This document shows, in pieces, positions 45,516-54,697 of a stretch of DNA of 64,000 bases. Where the stretch lies: the NCBI GenBank assembly GCA_963829105.1, contig CAWHHF010000018.1:41374-105373 (forward strand). Direction: 5' to 3'. Every line of letters starts with the position of its first letter. Position 1 is the stretch's first letter. The stretch is from an uncultured Chloroflexia bacterium. GTDB taxonomy: Bacteria > Chloroflexota > Limnocylindria > Limnocylindrales > CSP1-4. The notes below the pieces were generated by a model that saw only the letters and a program-made list of their open reading frames with translations, was not told the origin of the DNA and did not search any database. Made by a program: the position numbers and the translations under genes.

Positions 45516-46799
45516 ATGAAGTTCTCACGCGTGGGCGTGGCCATCGCGGCCGCGGCCATCGTCGTCTCGGCCTGCGGTGGGTCGAGCAGCAGCCCCGCGG
45601 CCGCCTCGGGCGCGGCTGCCTCGGGCGCCGCGGCCGGCGGCATGAATGTGAAGGTCGGGATCGAGCTGCCGATGACCGGCGGCGAGGCCCCGAACGGCGT
45701 GCCGACCGCCAACGGCGTCGCGCTTGCCCTCGACCAGGTCAAGGTCCCCGGCTTCAACGTCACCATCAACCAGCAGGACGACGCGGTCAACGGCGTGCAC
45801 AACGCCGACCAGGGCGCCAAGAACATGCAGGCCCTGGCCAACGACGCAGAAGTCATGTTCGTCGTCGGCCCCTACAACTCCAGCGTCGCGCAGGCCGAGA
45901 TCCCGGTCAGCAACGCGGCCGGCCTGATGCAGTGCAGCCCGGCCAACACCGCGGTGGTGCTGACCAAGGGCGCCGACGCTCTCAAGCTCCGCCCCACGAA
46001 CCCGGACAAGATCGCCTACGTGCGCGTCGCGACGACCGACGACAACCAGGGCGCCGGCACCGCCGACATCGCCTACAACATCGCCAACGCCAAGACCGCG
46101 TACGTCCTCGATGACACGCAGACGTACGGCAAGGGCCTGGCCCAGGGCTTCACGGACGCCTACACCAAGTTCGGCGGATCGATCGCCGCGACAGACGGCG
46201 TCCCCGGAACGACGACCGACTTCACCAGCTACGTCACGAAGGCCAAGGGCCTCAACCCCGGCATCGTCATGTACGGCGGCGTGACCACCTCCGGCATCGG
46301 ACTGTTCCGCAAGCAGATGGCGCAGCAGGGCCTCGCCAACATCCCGCTCGTCGGCGGCGACGGCATCAGCGACGGCTCGGCGGCGACCGCCAGCACCTTC
46401 CTCAACATCGCGGGCGCGGACGGCGACGTGAACACGTACAGCACCGTCGCGGCGATCCACGACATCCCGAACCCCACAAAGTTCGCGGCCGACTACAAGG
46501 CCAAGTTCAACACGGAGCCGGGCTCCTACAGCGCCCCGGGTTATGCCTGCACGCAGATCTTCCTGCAGGCCCTCGCGGCCGTCGGGACCGGCGTGACGGA
46601 TCCCGCCGTGCTGCGCGAGAAGGTCCGCGCCTACGTCGCAGACCCCGCCAACTCGTTCGACACCGTGCTCGGGAAGGTCAGCTTCGACGCCAACGGCGAC
46701 ACGACCCAGCACACGATCTCGTACTACCAGTTCGATCCCACGACCAAGGACTGGAAGTTCATCAAGCAGCGCGACTTCACGGCCGACCCGGTCAAGTAG
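45516..46799 (+). CDS. livJ: Branched-chain amino acid ABC transporter substrate-binding lipoprotein (LivJ/LivK-like)
   Basis: ATG 45516 after GGAGGAGG. Lipobox AIVVSAC. Periplasmic-binding type I pattern ...VKVGIELPMTGGEAPNG...VVGPYNSSVA.... Confidence 0.9.
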   Translation: MKFSRVGVAIAAAAIVVSACGGSSSSPAAASGAAASGAAAGGMNVKVGIELPMTGGEAPNGVPTANGVALALDQVKVPGFNVTINQQDDAVNGVHNADQGAKNMQALANDAEVMFVVGPYNSSVAQAEIPVSNAAGLMQCSPANTAVVLTKGADALKLRPTNPDKIAYVRVATTDDNQGAGTADIAYNIANAKTAYVLDDTQTYGKGLAQGFTDAYTKFGGSIAATDGVPGTTTDFTSYVTKAKGLNPGIVMYGGVTTSGIGLFRKQMAQQGLANIPLVGGDGISDGSAATASTFLNIAGADGDVNTYSTVAAIHDIPNPTKFAADYKAKFNTEPGSYSAPGYACTQIFLQALAAVGTGVTDPAVLREKVRAYVADPANSFDTVLGKVSFDANGDTTQHTISYYQFDPTTKDWKFIKQRDFTADPVK

Positions 46800-46809
46800 T
46801 CCCACGCTG

Positions 46810-46852
46810 GAGGAAGGCCGGACACCTCGACATCGAGGGCCCGGCCTTCCTC
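46810..46852 (+). terminator. Long GC hairpin between livJ and livH (I-shaped terminator or attenuator)
   Basis: GAGGAAGGCCGG...CCGGCCTTCCTC, a perfect 12-bp outer stem enclosing an inner CCTCGA/TCGAGG stem. No U-tract. Confidence 0.4.
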
Positions 46853-46904
46853 GCATCTGGCGACGGTCCATTCACCGATCTGCCCCGTACCAGGTGATCC
46901 GCCG

Positions 46905-47936
<1,032 letters not shown>

Positions 47937-47940
<4 letters not shown>

Positions 47941-49121
47941 GCGCCGCGACGAGCCGCCTCGGGAGGGTGCGCAGCTTCAGCTCGCGCCACCAGTCGACGT
48001 CGATCGTCCTGGTCGTCATCGTCATCACGATCCTGCTGCCGATCATCTCGCTCGTGCCGCCGTTCAGCGGCTTCGGCACCCAGAAGGACTTCGTGGGAGG
48101 CTTCGCCGCGGCAGGCGTGTTCGTGCTGCTGGCGCTCGGCCTCAACGTGGTCGTGGGCTTCGCCGGCCTGCTGGACCTCGGCTACGCGGCGTTCTTCGCG
48201 ATCGGTGCCTACACCTACGCCTACGGCGCGTCGGGCTTCACCGGCCTGTCCATCCCGTTCTGGCCGATGCTGCTCGTGGGAGCGCTGGTCGCCGCGGTCT
48301 TCGGCGTGCTGCTCGGCGCGCCCACGCTCCGGTTGCGCGGCGACTACCTCGCCATCGTCACCCTGGGCTTCGGCGAGATCGTGCCGGTCGTGTTCCTGAA
48401 CGCGGACAAGTACACCAACGGCACCAACGGCATCACCGGCATCGCCCAGCCGAACGCGCTCGGCCTGTTCGGGATCAACGGGTTCGGGTTCACGAACCCG
48501 TGGCCCTACTACCTGACCATCGTGGGCATCATCACGGTCGTCGTCATCCTCCTGTACCGGCTGCAGGATTCGCGCCTCGGCCGGGCGTGGGTGGCGCTCC
48601 GCGAAGACGAGCTGGCCGCGGCCAGCATGGGCATCAACACGATCACGACCAAGTTGCTCGCGTTCTCGATCGGCGCCTCGACCGCCGGCCTCGCGGGCGT
48701 GTTCTACGCCGCGAAGCTCTCGACCGTGACCCCGGACCAGTTCGGGTTCACCGTCTCGTTCACGGCCCTCGCCATGGTCGTCCTGGGTGGCATGGGCAAC
48801 ATCTGGGGCGTGGCGGCGGGCGCACTGATCATCTACGAGCTGCAGAGCCAGGGCCTCAAGCAGCTGGGCAGCTTCATGCAGGGCCTCAACCTGCCGGCGG
48901 TCGCGCTGGGGCCGATCTCCATCAACGTGAGCGCCATCAACTTCCTGAACTACCAGTACCTGCTCTACGGTCTCGCGCTGGTGATCATGATGCTGTTCAG
49001 GCCGGAGGGCCTGTTCCCGAGCCGGCGGAGACGGCGGGAGCTGCACGAGACGCCGGCCGCGGACGAGCTCACGGCGCCCGACCCGACCGCAGGCGACCCG
49101 AGCCAGGAACGCGGGGACTGA
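47937..49121 (+). CDS. livM: Branched-chain amino acid ABC permease LivM
   Basis: 394-aa ORF with ...LALGLNVVVGFAGLLDLGYAAFFAIGAY...LRLRGDYLAIVTLGFGEIV.... Confidence 0.9.
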
Positions 49122-49123
49122 CG

Positions 49124-50206
49124 ATGGACCAGCCGACAGCCCCGTCCGCCACACCGTCCGCCCCCGCCACCCCCGCCGGTCCTGACGGGGCCGCCGACGC
49201 GGGTGCGCCGCGCACGCTGCTGCTCGACGCCCGGGGGATCACCAAGCGGTTCGGCGGCCTCGTCGCCGTGCGCACGATCGACTTCGAGATCCCGGAGGGC
49301 TCGATCGTCAGCCTCATCGGTCCCAACGGGGCCGGCAAGACGACCTTCTTCAACGTCATCGCCGGGCTCAGCGAGCCGAGCGAGGGCACGATCACCTTCG
49401 CCGGCGAGCAGGTCGTCGCCCGCCCCCGGCGGACCTGGGCCGAGCCCTTCTTCTGGTTCGCCCTGCCGGCCCTGTTCGTCGTCCTGGCGCTGGGGGTGGT
49501 CGCAGCCCAGCTGCCGATCAGCGGCGAGCTGCTGGCGCTGGTGTCGGTTGGCCTGCTCGTGACCTCGCTCGTCGTCGCGATCATCCGTCCGCCCTGGTAC
49601 GTCCACATGCTGGAGCGGACGGGGAGCTTCCGCAGCGCACGGCCCAACGAGATGGTCAGGTTCGGGATCGGGCGGACGTTCCAGAACATCCGCCTGTTCG
49701 CCAACATGTCCGCGCTCGAGAACGTGCAGGTGGGCATGCACAGCCGCATGTCGGCCACGCCGATCGACGCCGCGTTCCGGACGCCCCGCCACAACCGCGA
49801 GGAGGCGGCCGCCGCGGTGAAGGCCCGCGAGTGGCTGGCCTACGTCGGGCTCGGCGACCGCGACGATGAGATGGCCCGCAACCTGCCCTACGGCGACCAG
49901 CGGCGGCTCGAGATCGCCCGCGCGCTGGCCAGCCAGCCGCGACTGCTGCTGCTGGACGAGCCGACGGCGGGCATGAACCCCGTCGAGACACGCCGGATGA
50001 CGGAGTTGATCGCCCAGGTCCGCCGCGACCTCGGGATCACGATCCTGCTCATCGAGCACGACATGCGGGTCGTGATGGGGGTCAGCGACCGGGTCACCGT
50101 GCTCGACCACGGCGAGAAGATCGCCGAGGGCACGCCGGACGCCGTGCGCGCGGACCCTCGGGTCATCGAAGCGTACCTCGGCAAGGGAGCGGCGAGCGCA
50201 TCATGA
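49124..50206 (+). CDS. livG: Branched-chain amino acid ABC ATPase LivG with an unusual hydrophobic insertion of about 70 aa
   Basis: ATG 49124. GPNGAGKTT, LPYGDQRRLEIARAL, LLLDEPTAGMNP. The insertion ...PFFWFALPALFVVLALGVVAAQL...LLALVSVGLLVTSLVVAII... lies between the Walker A segment and the Q-loop motif GIGRTFQN. Confidence 0.9.
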   Translation: MDQPTAPSATPSAPATPAGPDGAADAGAPRTLLLDARGITKRFGGLVAVRTIDFEIPEGSIVSLIGPNGAGKTTFFNVIAGLSEPSEGTITFAGEQVVARPRRTWAEPFFWFALPALFVVLALGVVAAQLPISGELLALVSVGLLVTSLVVAIIRPPWYVHMLERTGSFRSARPNEMVRFGIGRTFQNIRLFANMSALENVQVGMHSRMSATPIDAAFRTPRHNREEAAAAVKAREWLAYVGLGDRDDEMARNLPYGDQRRLEIARALASQPRLLLLDEPTAGMNPVETRRMTELIAQVRRDLGITILLIEHDMRVVMGVSDRVTVLDHGEKIAEGTPDAVRADPRVIEAYLGKGAASAS

Positions 50207-50958
50207 CGGCCCCGACGACAGACGCCCGCCCGGACCTCACCGCCGCGCCGGTCCTGCTGCGCCTGGACGGCGTCCACAGCTACTACGGCAACATCCACGC
50301 GCTCCAGGGCATCTCCCTCGAGGTCAACGCGGGCGAGATCGTGACCCTGCTCGGCGCGAACGGGGCGGGCAAGACCACCACCCTGAGGACGATCCACGGC
50401 CTCATGCATCCGCGCAAGGGCAAGATCGAGTTCGAAGGCAAGGACATCACGGGGATGCCTGCCCACGAACACGTCAGCCACGGCATCGGCCAGGCGCCCG
50501 AGGGACGCCGGATCTTCTCCCGGATGACGGTCCTCGAGAACCTGCAGATGGGCGGCTACAGCCGGAAGGACAAGGCGAGCCTGCCGGACGACTTCGCGCG
50601 CGTGTTCGAGCTGTTCCCCCGCCTCCTCGAGCGCAAGGGTCAGGCGGGCGGGACGCTGTCCGGCGGCGAACAGCAGATGCTCGCGATCGGGCGGGCCCTG
50701 ATGACCCGGCCGAAGCTGCTCCTGCTCGACGAGCCGTCGATGGGCCTGGCGCCGATCCTCGTCGAGCAGATCTTCGCGATCATCGAGGACATCAATCGCC
50801 AGGGCACGACGATCCTGCTCGTCGAGCAGAACGCGCTGATGGCGCTGGGCATCGCGAACCGGGGCTACGTCCTCCAGACCGGGCGGATCGTGCGATCGGG
50901 CGACGCGAAGGCGCTGCTCCAGGACCCGGAGGTCCAGAGGGCCTACCTGGGCGGCTGA
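50203..50958 (+). CDS. livF: Branched-chain amino acid ABC ATPase LivF
   Basis: 251-aa ORF with GANGAGKTT, LSGGEQQMLAIGRAL, LLLDEPSMGLAP. Confidence 0.9.
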   Translation: MTAPTTDARPDLTAAPVLLRLDGVHSYYGNIHALQGISLEVNAGEIVTLLGANGAGKTTTLRTIHGLMHPRKGKIEFEGKDITGMPAHEHVSHGIGQAPEGRRIFSRMTVLENLQMGGYSRKDKASLPDDFARVFELFPRLLERKGQAGGTLSGGEQQMLAIGRALMTRPKLLLLDEPSMGLAPILVEQIFAIIEDINRQGTTILLVEQNALMALGIANRGYVLQTGRIVRSGDAKALLQDPEVQRAYLGG

Positions 50959-51018
50959 TTCTGCCGGGCGGCCGGTGCGGCCGGGGCGGCGAGAGGCGCG
51001 GTTCGCGGCGCCCCGCGG

Positions 51019-51438
51019 TCAACCTCGGGGCGGCTCCAGGATGATGTCGTACGCGGCCCGCAGCATCATGAGCGTGCCGACGACCGCGATCCAGTAGCCG
51101 TAGGCGCCGGCCGGGAGGAACCCCTCGGGTGCGTCCAGCAGGCCCGGCACCCACAGGATCACGCCCACCAACGCGACGAGCGCCAGCAGCAGGAACGCCA
51201 GGCCCCGGTCAACCGCCATCGGCCGTTCGCCGGCCGCGTACGGGAGCGCGACGAGGGCGATCGTGGACAGGGCGGCGAGGAACGACGCGATCCCCGATCC
51301 GTCGAACGCCCGGTACACGACGGGCGTGAGCCCGCCGTCCCCGCCCACGGTGTACCAGGGCAGCAAGCAGCCCACGAGCAGCACGATCGCGCCGACGAAC
51401 GCCAGGCGGCGCCCGTTGCCGAGGGGACGTCGGTGCAT
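51019..51438 (-). CDS. Hypothetical 4-TM membrane protein
   Basis: 139-aa hydrophobic ORF. Its start overlaps the hpt stop by 1 nt. Confidence 0.6.
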   Translation of the reverse strand: MHRRPLGNGRRLAFVGAIVLLVGCLLPWYTVGGDGGLTPVVYRAFDGSGIASFLAALSTIALVALPYAAGERPMAVDRGLAFLLLALVALVGVILWVPGLLDAPEGFLPAGAYGYWIAVVGTLMMLRAAYDIILEPPRG

Positions 51439-52004
51439 CAGCCGGTCGTGCCGTAGACCTCGGGGCGCAGCACGCCCACGAAGCGGAGGTTGCGGTAGCG
51501 CTCGCCGTAGTCGAGCCCGTAGCCGACCACGAACTGGTCCGGGATCTCGAACCCGACGTAATCCACGTCGATCTCGACGAGGCGGCGCGCCGGCTTGTCG
51601 AGGAGCGTGCAGATCTTGAGCGAGGCGGGGTTCTTCCCGCGGAGATAGCGCAGCAGGTAGTTCAGGGTGAGGCCGGTGTCGATGATGTCCTCGACCAGGA
51701 GGACGTCATCGCCCACGATGCTGGCCGACAGGTCCTTCAGGATCCGGACGAGGCCCGAGGACTCCGTGCTCGTTCCCCCGTAGGAGCTGACTTCCATCAG
51801 GTCGATCCGCAGCGGGAGCGGGATCTGGCGCATCAGGTCCGCCATGAACGGCAGCGAGCCCTTGAGGACGCTGACCAGGGTCAGGTTCCGGCCCGCATAG
51901 TCGGCGCCGATCCGTTGTCCCAACTCTGCAACCCTGGCGGCGATCGCCTCCTCGCTGAGGAGGACTTCCCCGATGTCGGCCTGGAGATCGGCGGTGCGGG
52001 TCAT
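51438..52004 (-). CDS. hpt: Hypoxanthine phosphoribosyltransferase
   Basis: ATG 52004 (ATGA overlap with the upstream gene). Product ...LVSVLKGSLPFMADLMRQI...DVLLVEDIIDTGLTLNYL...VGFEIPDQFVVGYGLDYGERYRNL.... Confidence 0.92.
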   Translation of the reverse strand: MTRTADLQADIGEVLLSEEAIAARVAELGQRIGADYAGRNLTLVSVLKGSLPFMADLMRQIPLPLRIDLMEVSSYGGTSTESSGLVRILKDLSASIVGDDVLLVEDIIDTGLTLNYLLRYLRGKNPASLKICTLLDKPARRLVEIDVDYVGFEIPDQFVVGYGLDYGERYRNLRFVGVLRPEVYGTTG

Positions 52005-52756
52005 GGGCGGGTCGACGGTGCCTCCACGTGGCTGGGAGCAGGGTACGTGGCGATGATCGCGCGTCCGGGCCGCCGGCGCACGCCGGGCAGGAGGTTCACA
52101 CCGGTCCCGCGTCGTGAACTGGGGCGGCGAGCGGGCCGGCCAGCGCGCGCGGCGGCGGCCTCCGATGCGCGGCGTCGTCGGCGTCCGCGGCGCCGGCTCC
52201 GCACGCCCGCTGGATCCCGGGACGCCTCGGATCGGCCGGCCATCCCGGGCCGGCCGGTCGGGACGGCATCGGCGCCGGCGTCCTGCGCGCCCGTACCCGG
52301 CGCAGCCGCGGGGCGCGAGGGGGCGGTCGCGGCGGGAGCGGCGGGTGCGACGGGTGCCGCGGCAGCGTGGATCCGGGGGGGCGTGGACTGGCCGGAGGTG
52401 CCGGTCAGGTCGTCCAGCAGCGCCATCCGACCGAACTTGAGCATCAGCATCCGGAAGTCCCGCCCGTAGAACAGCTTGATCCGGATGTCCGGGTACAGCT
52501 CCCGCAGACGGCGGAGCTTGCGGTTCTTCTTGCGCACGAGCTTCTGCTTGAGCGTCGTGAGCTCGACGTAGAGCTCCATGTCCGGCAGGTAGAAGTCCGG
52601 CGAGAAGCTCTCGACCACGTCCCCGTCCAGGTTCCAGCCGATCGGGTAGGTGTCGGGCTCGTAGAGCCATCGGACCTCGTAGAAGTCCAGGATCCGGGCC
52701 AGCTCCGCCTCGCTCGCGTGGGCGAACGCAGGCCGGGCGGACACGGCGGCCGTCAC
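52001..52756 (-). CDS. Hypothetical protein: conserved N-terminal domain of about 110 aa with a T7-endonuclease-I-like PDF...VE motif, plus an Arg-rich disordered C-terminus
   Basis: 251-aa ORF with ...FSPDFYLPDMELYVELTTLKQKLVRKKNRKLRRLRELYP.... The tail is A/P/R-rich. Confidence 0.6.
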   Translation of the reverse strand: MTAAVSARPAFAHASEAELARILDFYEVRWLYEPDTYPIGWNLDGDVVESFSPDFYLPDMELYVELTTLKQKLVRKKNRKLRRLRELYPDIRIKLFYGRDFRMLMLKFGRMALLDDLTGTSGQSTPPRIHAAAAPVAPAAPAATAPSRPAAAPGTGAQDAGADAVPTGRPGMAGRSEASRDPAGVRSRRRGRRRRRASEAAAARAGRPARRPSSRRGTGVNLLPGVRRRPGRAIIATYPAPSHVEAPSTRP

Positions 52757-53136
52757 GTGGTGCTCCCCGGCCCGCGGGGATCGCGTCGGCCGTCGTCACC
52801 GAGCAGCGTGCGGAGGTCACCCTCCCAGCCCGCGAGGAACCGGCGCATCGCGATGACGTCCGCCTCGACGAAGGAAGGTGCGCCGGCCGGGCGGGCCGCC
52901 GCGCCGGACGCGGGCCTGACCGCGGTTGCCGGGCGGGCGCTCCCCGGGCGACGGCTCCCGCGGTCTGCCGCGACGACGACGGTCACCGTCCGGCTGCCGC
53001 AGGACGGGCAGTCCAGCTCAACGAAGGCAATGTCGCCATGGTCGGCCAGGACGGCAATCCGGTCCACGGGAACGGCCGCTCCGCAGTGGGTGCAGCCGGA
53101 CCCGGTGAGGCGCTCCCGGAGTCCGCGGTGGTCCAT
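52753..53136 (-). CDS. Hypothetical zinc-ribbon protein (CxxC...CxxC)
   Basis: 127-aa ORF with ...GSGCTHCGAAVP...VELDCPSCGSRTVTV.... 4-nt overlap with the downstream gene. Confidence 0.55.
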   Translation of the reverse strand: MDHRGLRERLTGSGCTHCGAAVPVDRIAVLADHGDIAFVELDCPSCGSRTVTVVVAADRGSRRPGSARPATAVRPASGAAARPAGAPSFVEADVIAMRRFLAGWEGDLRTLLGDDGRRDPRGPGSTT

Positions 53137-53196
53137 CGAGGTCAGTCTACCGACTCCGCGTCCTGATGGGGCCCGGCGGGGCCAGTCGATCCTCGC

Positions 53197-53213
53197 ATAC
53201 CCCCATGGGGTAT
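53197..53213. promoter_or_regulatory. CsoR-type operator palindrome ATACCCC-CAT-GGGGTAT
   Basis: Read directly. It matches the actinobacterial CsoR box consensus (ATACCCC..GGGGTAT) as I remember it. It lies 10 nt upstream of the csoR ATG, in the 86-bp divergent intergenic region. Confidence 0.75.
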
Positions 53214-53222
53214 CATCTGCTC

Positions 53223-53582
53223 ATGCCCGAGACCACCTCCCGGCAGGCACCGGCGCATGACGCCGGCAATGCCACCTTTCGCCACAGCTACAGCAAGGAC
53301 AAGGCGCAGCTGGTGCGGCGGCTGAGCCGCGTCGAGGGCCAGGTTCGCGGCATCGCGCGGATGATCGAGCGCGAGGAATACTGCGTGGACATCCTCCAGC
53401 AGACCGCCGCCCTGCGGGCGGCCGTGGATGCGGTGTCCATCCTGATCCTCGAGGACCACGTGCAGGGCTGCGTCCGCACGGCCGCCGAGCGCGGCGAGGC
53501 GGACAGGTACGTGGACGAGATCATCGACGTCGTGCGGCGGTCCCTGGGGCGACCGGTCAGGGGCGCCAAGAGCACCCTCTGA
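53223..53582 (+). CDS. csoR: CsoR/RcnR-family metal-sensing repressor (x-C-H-C fingerprint, copper type)
   Basis: ATG 53223. Product ...KAQLVRRLSRVEGQVRGIARMIEREEYCVDILQQTAALRAAVDAVSILILEDHVQGCV.... Confidence 0.88.
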   Translation: MPETTSRQAPAHDAGNATFRHSYSKDKAQLVRRLSRVEGQVRGIARMIEREEYCVDILQQTAALRAAVDAVSILILEDHVQGCVRTAAERGEADRYVDEIIDVVRRSLGRPVRGAKSTL

Positions 53583-53600
53583 CGTCGCCCGCTGACCCGG

Positions 53601-53640
53601 TTATCCACAACTCGCGCGCTCAACGTGGATTCGTGGACAA
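53601..53640. promoter_or_regulatory. Cluster of three DnaA-box-like 9-mers
   Basis: TTATCCACA (53601-53609, perfect E. coli-type consensus). Complement of acgtggatt (53622-53630) is AATCCACGT. Complement of cgtggacaa (53632-53640) is TTGTCCACG (8/9 to the actinobacterial TTGTCCACA). Confidence 0.55.
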
Positions 53641-53646
53641 CTGGGC

Positions 53647-53675
53647 TTGACGCCCCCGGCCGGCGCGCCTAACGT
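53647..53675 (+). promoter_or_regulatory. Sigma70-like promoter TTGACG-17 nt-TAACGT directly downstream of the DnaA boxes
   Basis: Read directly. Oriented toward rsmG. Confidence 0.4.
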
Positions 53676-54019
53676 CCGCAATCCGCACGTCGCGTGCGCG
53701 CACCGGGGAGCGTCATCCAGAAGGGGTCGCGGGGAAACCCGGGCCGGAACCGACTGGATGACGCGAGACCGAGTCGACGCCCGCAAGTGCGATCTCTCCG
53801 ACGCCGGGAGCGGCTCCCGGACGAACCGGTGCACGACCACGGGAGGGTGCCCTGGATCGCCCGAGAGATCCGCTCCCGACGCGTGTTGAGGACCTCCCGC
53901 CCCTGCCAGCAGAGTTCGGCGACGAGCTCGACGCCGGGCTCGAGGCGCTGGGCCTTGAGCTTGCGCCGCCCGTCCGCGACGTCCTCGACGCCCATGCCCG
54001 CCTGCTCCTCGCCTGGACC

Positions 54020-54625
54020 GTGGCGATCAACCTGACGGCGATCCGCAACCCTGCGGGCATCGCGCGGCTCCACATCCTGGACTCCCTCGCCGCCGTGTCC
54101 CTGCTGGCACCCCGAGGCGTGACGGGGATCCTGGACCTCGGCAGCGGCGGTGGATATCCCGGCCTGCCACTGGCCGCGGTGCTGGCGCCGGCCCGGACCC
54201 TGCTGGTGGATTCGGTCGCCAAGAAGGTCGGCTTCCTGCGCACGGTCGTGACGGCGACCGGTCTCGAGGGCCGGGTGGCCGCCGAGGCCGTGCGCGGCGA
54301 GGCGCTGGCGCGTGACCCCCGTGACCGGGAGGGCTGGCCGGTGGTGACCGCCCGGGCGGTCACCAGCCTCCCGGAGCTCGTGGAGATCGGGCTTCCGCTC
54401 GTGGCGCCCGGCGGCGTCCTCGTCGCCTGGAAGCGCGAGCCGGTCGATGGCGAGCTCGCCGCGGCGGCCCCGGCCCTGGCCGCGCTCCGGGCCGGCAGCG
54501 TGACGATCCATGCGGCGGGCGTCCCGGGCCTCGAGGCGCACCGGCTGGTCGTCATCCCGCGAGGCGGTCCCATCGACCGGCGGTTCCCGCGCGACCCCGC
54601 GGAGCGCCGCCGGCGCCCGTTGTGA
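54020..54625 (+). CDS. rsmG: 16S rRNA (guanine527-N7)-methyltransferase RsmG (GidB); true start probably further upstream
   Basis: ...INLTAIRNPAGIARLHILDSL...ILDLGSGGGYPGLPLA.... In-frame RsmG-like sequence (LPAEFGDELDAGLEALGLELAPPVRDVLDAHARLLLAW) extends upstream to about 53900 with no ATG/GTG/TTG. A CTG at 53903 follows GAGGA. Confidence 0.85.
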   Translation: MAINLTAIRNPAGIARLHILDSLAAVSLLAPRGVTGILDLGSGGGYPGLPLAAVLAPARTLLVDSVAKKVGFLRTVVTATGLEGRVAAEAVRGEALARDPRDREGWPVVTARAVTSLPELVEIGLPLVAPGGVLVAWKREPVDGELAAAAPALAALRAGSVTIHAAGVPGLEAHRLVVIPRGGPIDRRFPRDPAERRRRPL

Positions 54626-54628
54626 CCT

Positions 54629-54670
54629 CGGGGCGTGCGACACGGGGCGTGCGACACGGGGCGTGCGGCC
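54629..54670. repeat. 14-bp tandem direct repeat CGGGGCGTGCGACA, 2 perfect copies plus one 12/14 copy
   Basis: Read directly. It begins 4 nt after the rsmG stop codon. Confidence 0.8.
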
Positions 54671-54697
54671 GGTCCCCGCTGCGCTACCCTGCCCGGG

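Noticed and set aside
53601-53640. Calling this the chromosomal replication origin (oriC)
   Set aside because: There are only three boxes, no AT-rich unwinding element is evident, and no dnaA, dnaN or parAB is in the window. I could not compute GC skew. It is reported only as a DnaA-box cluster.
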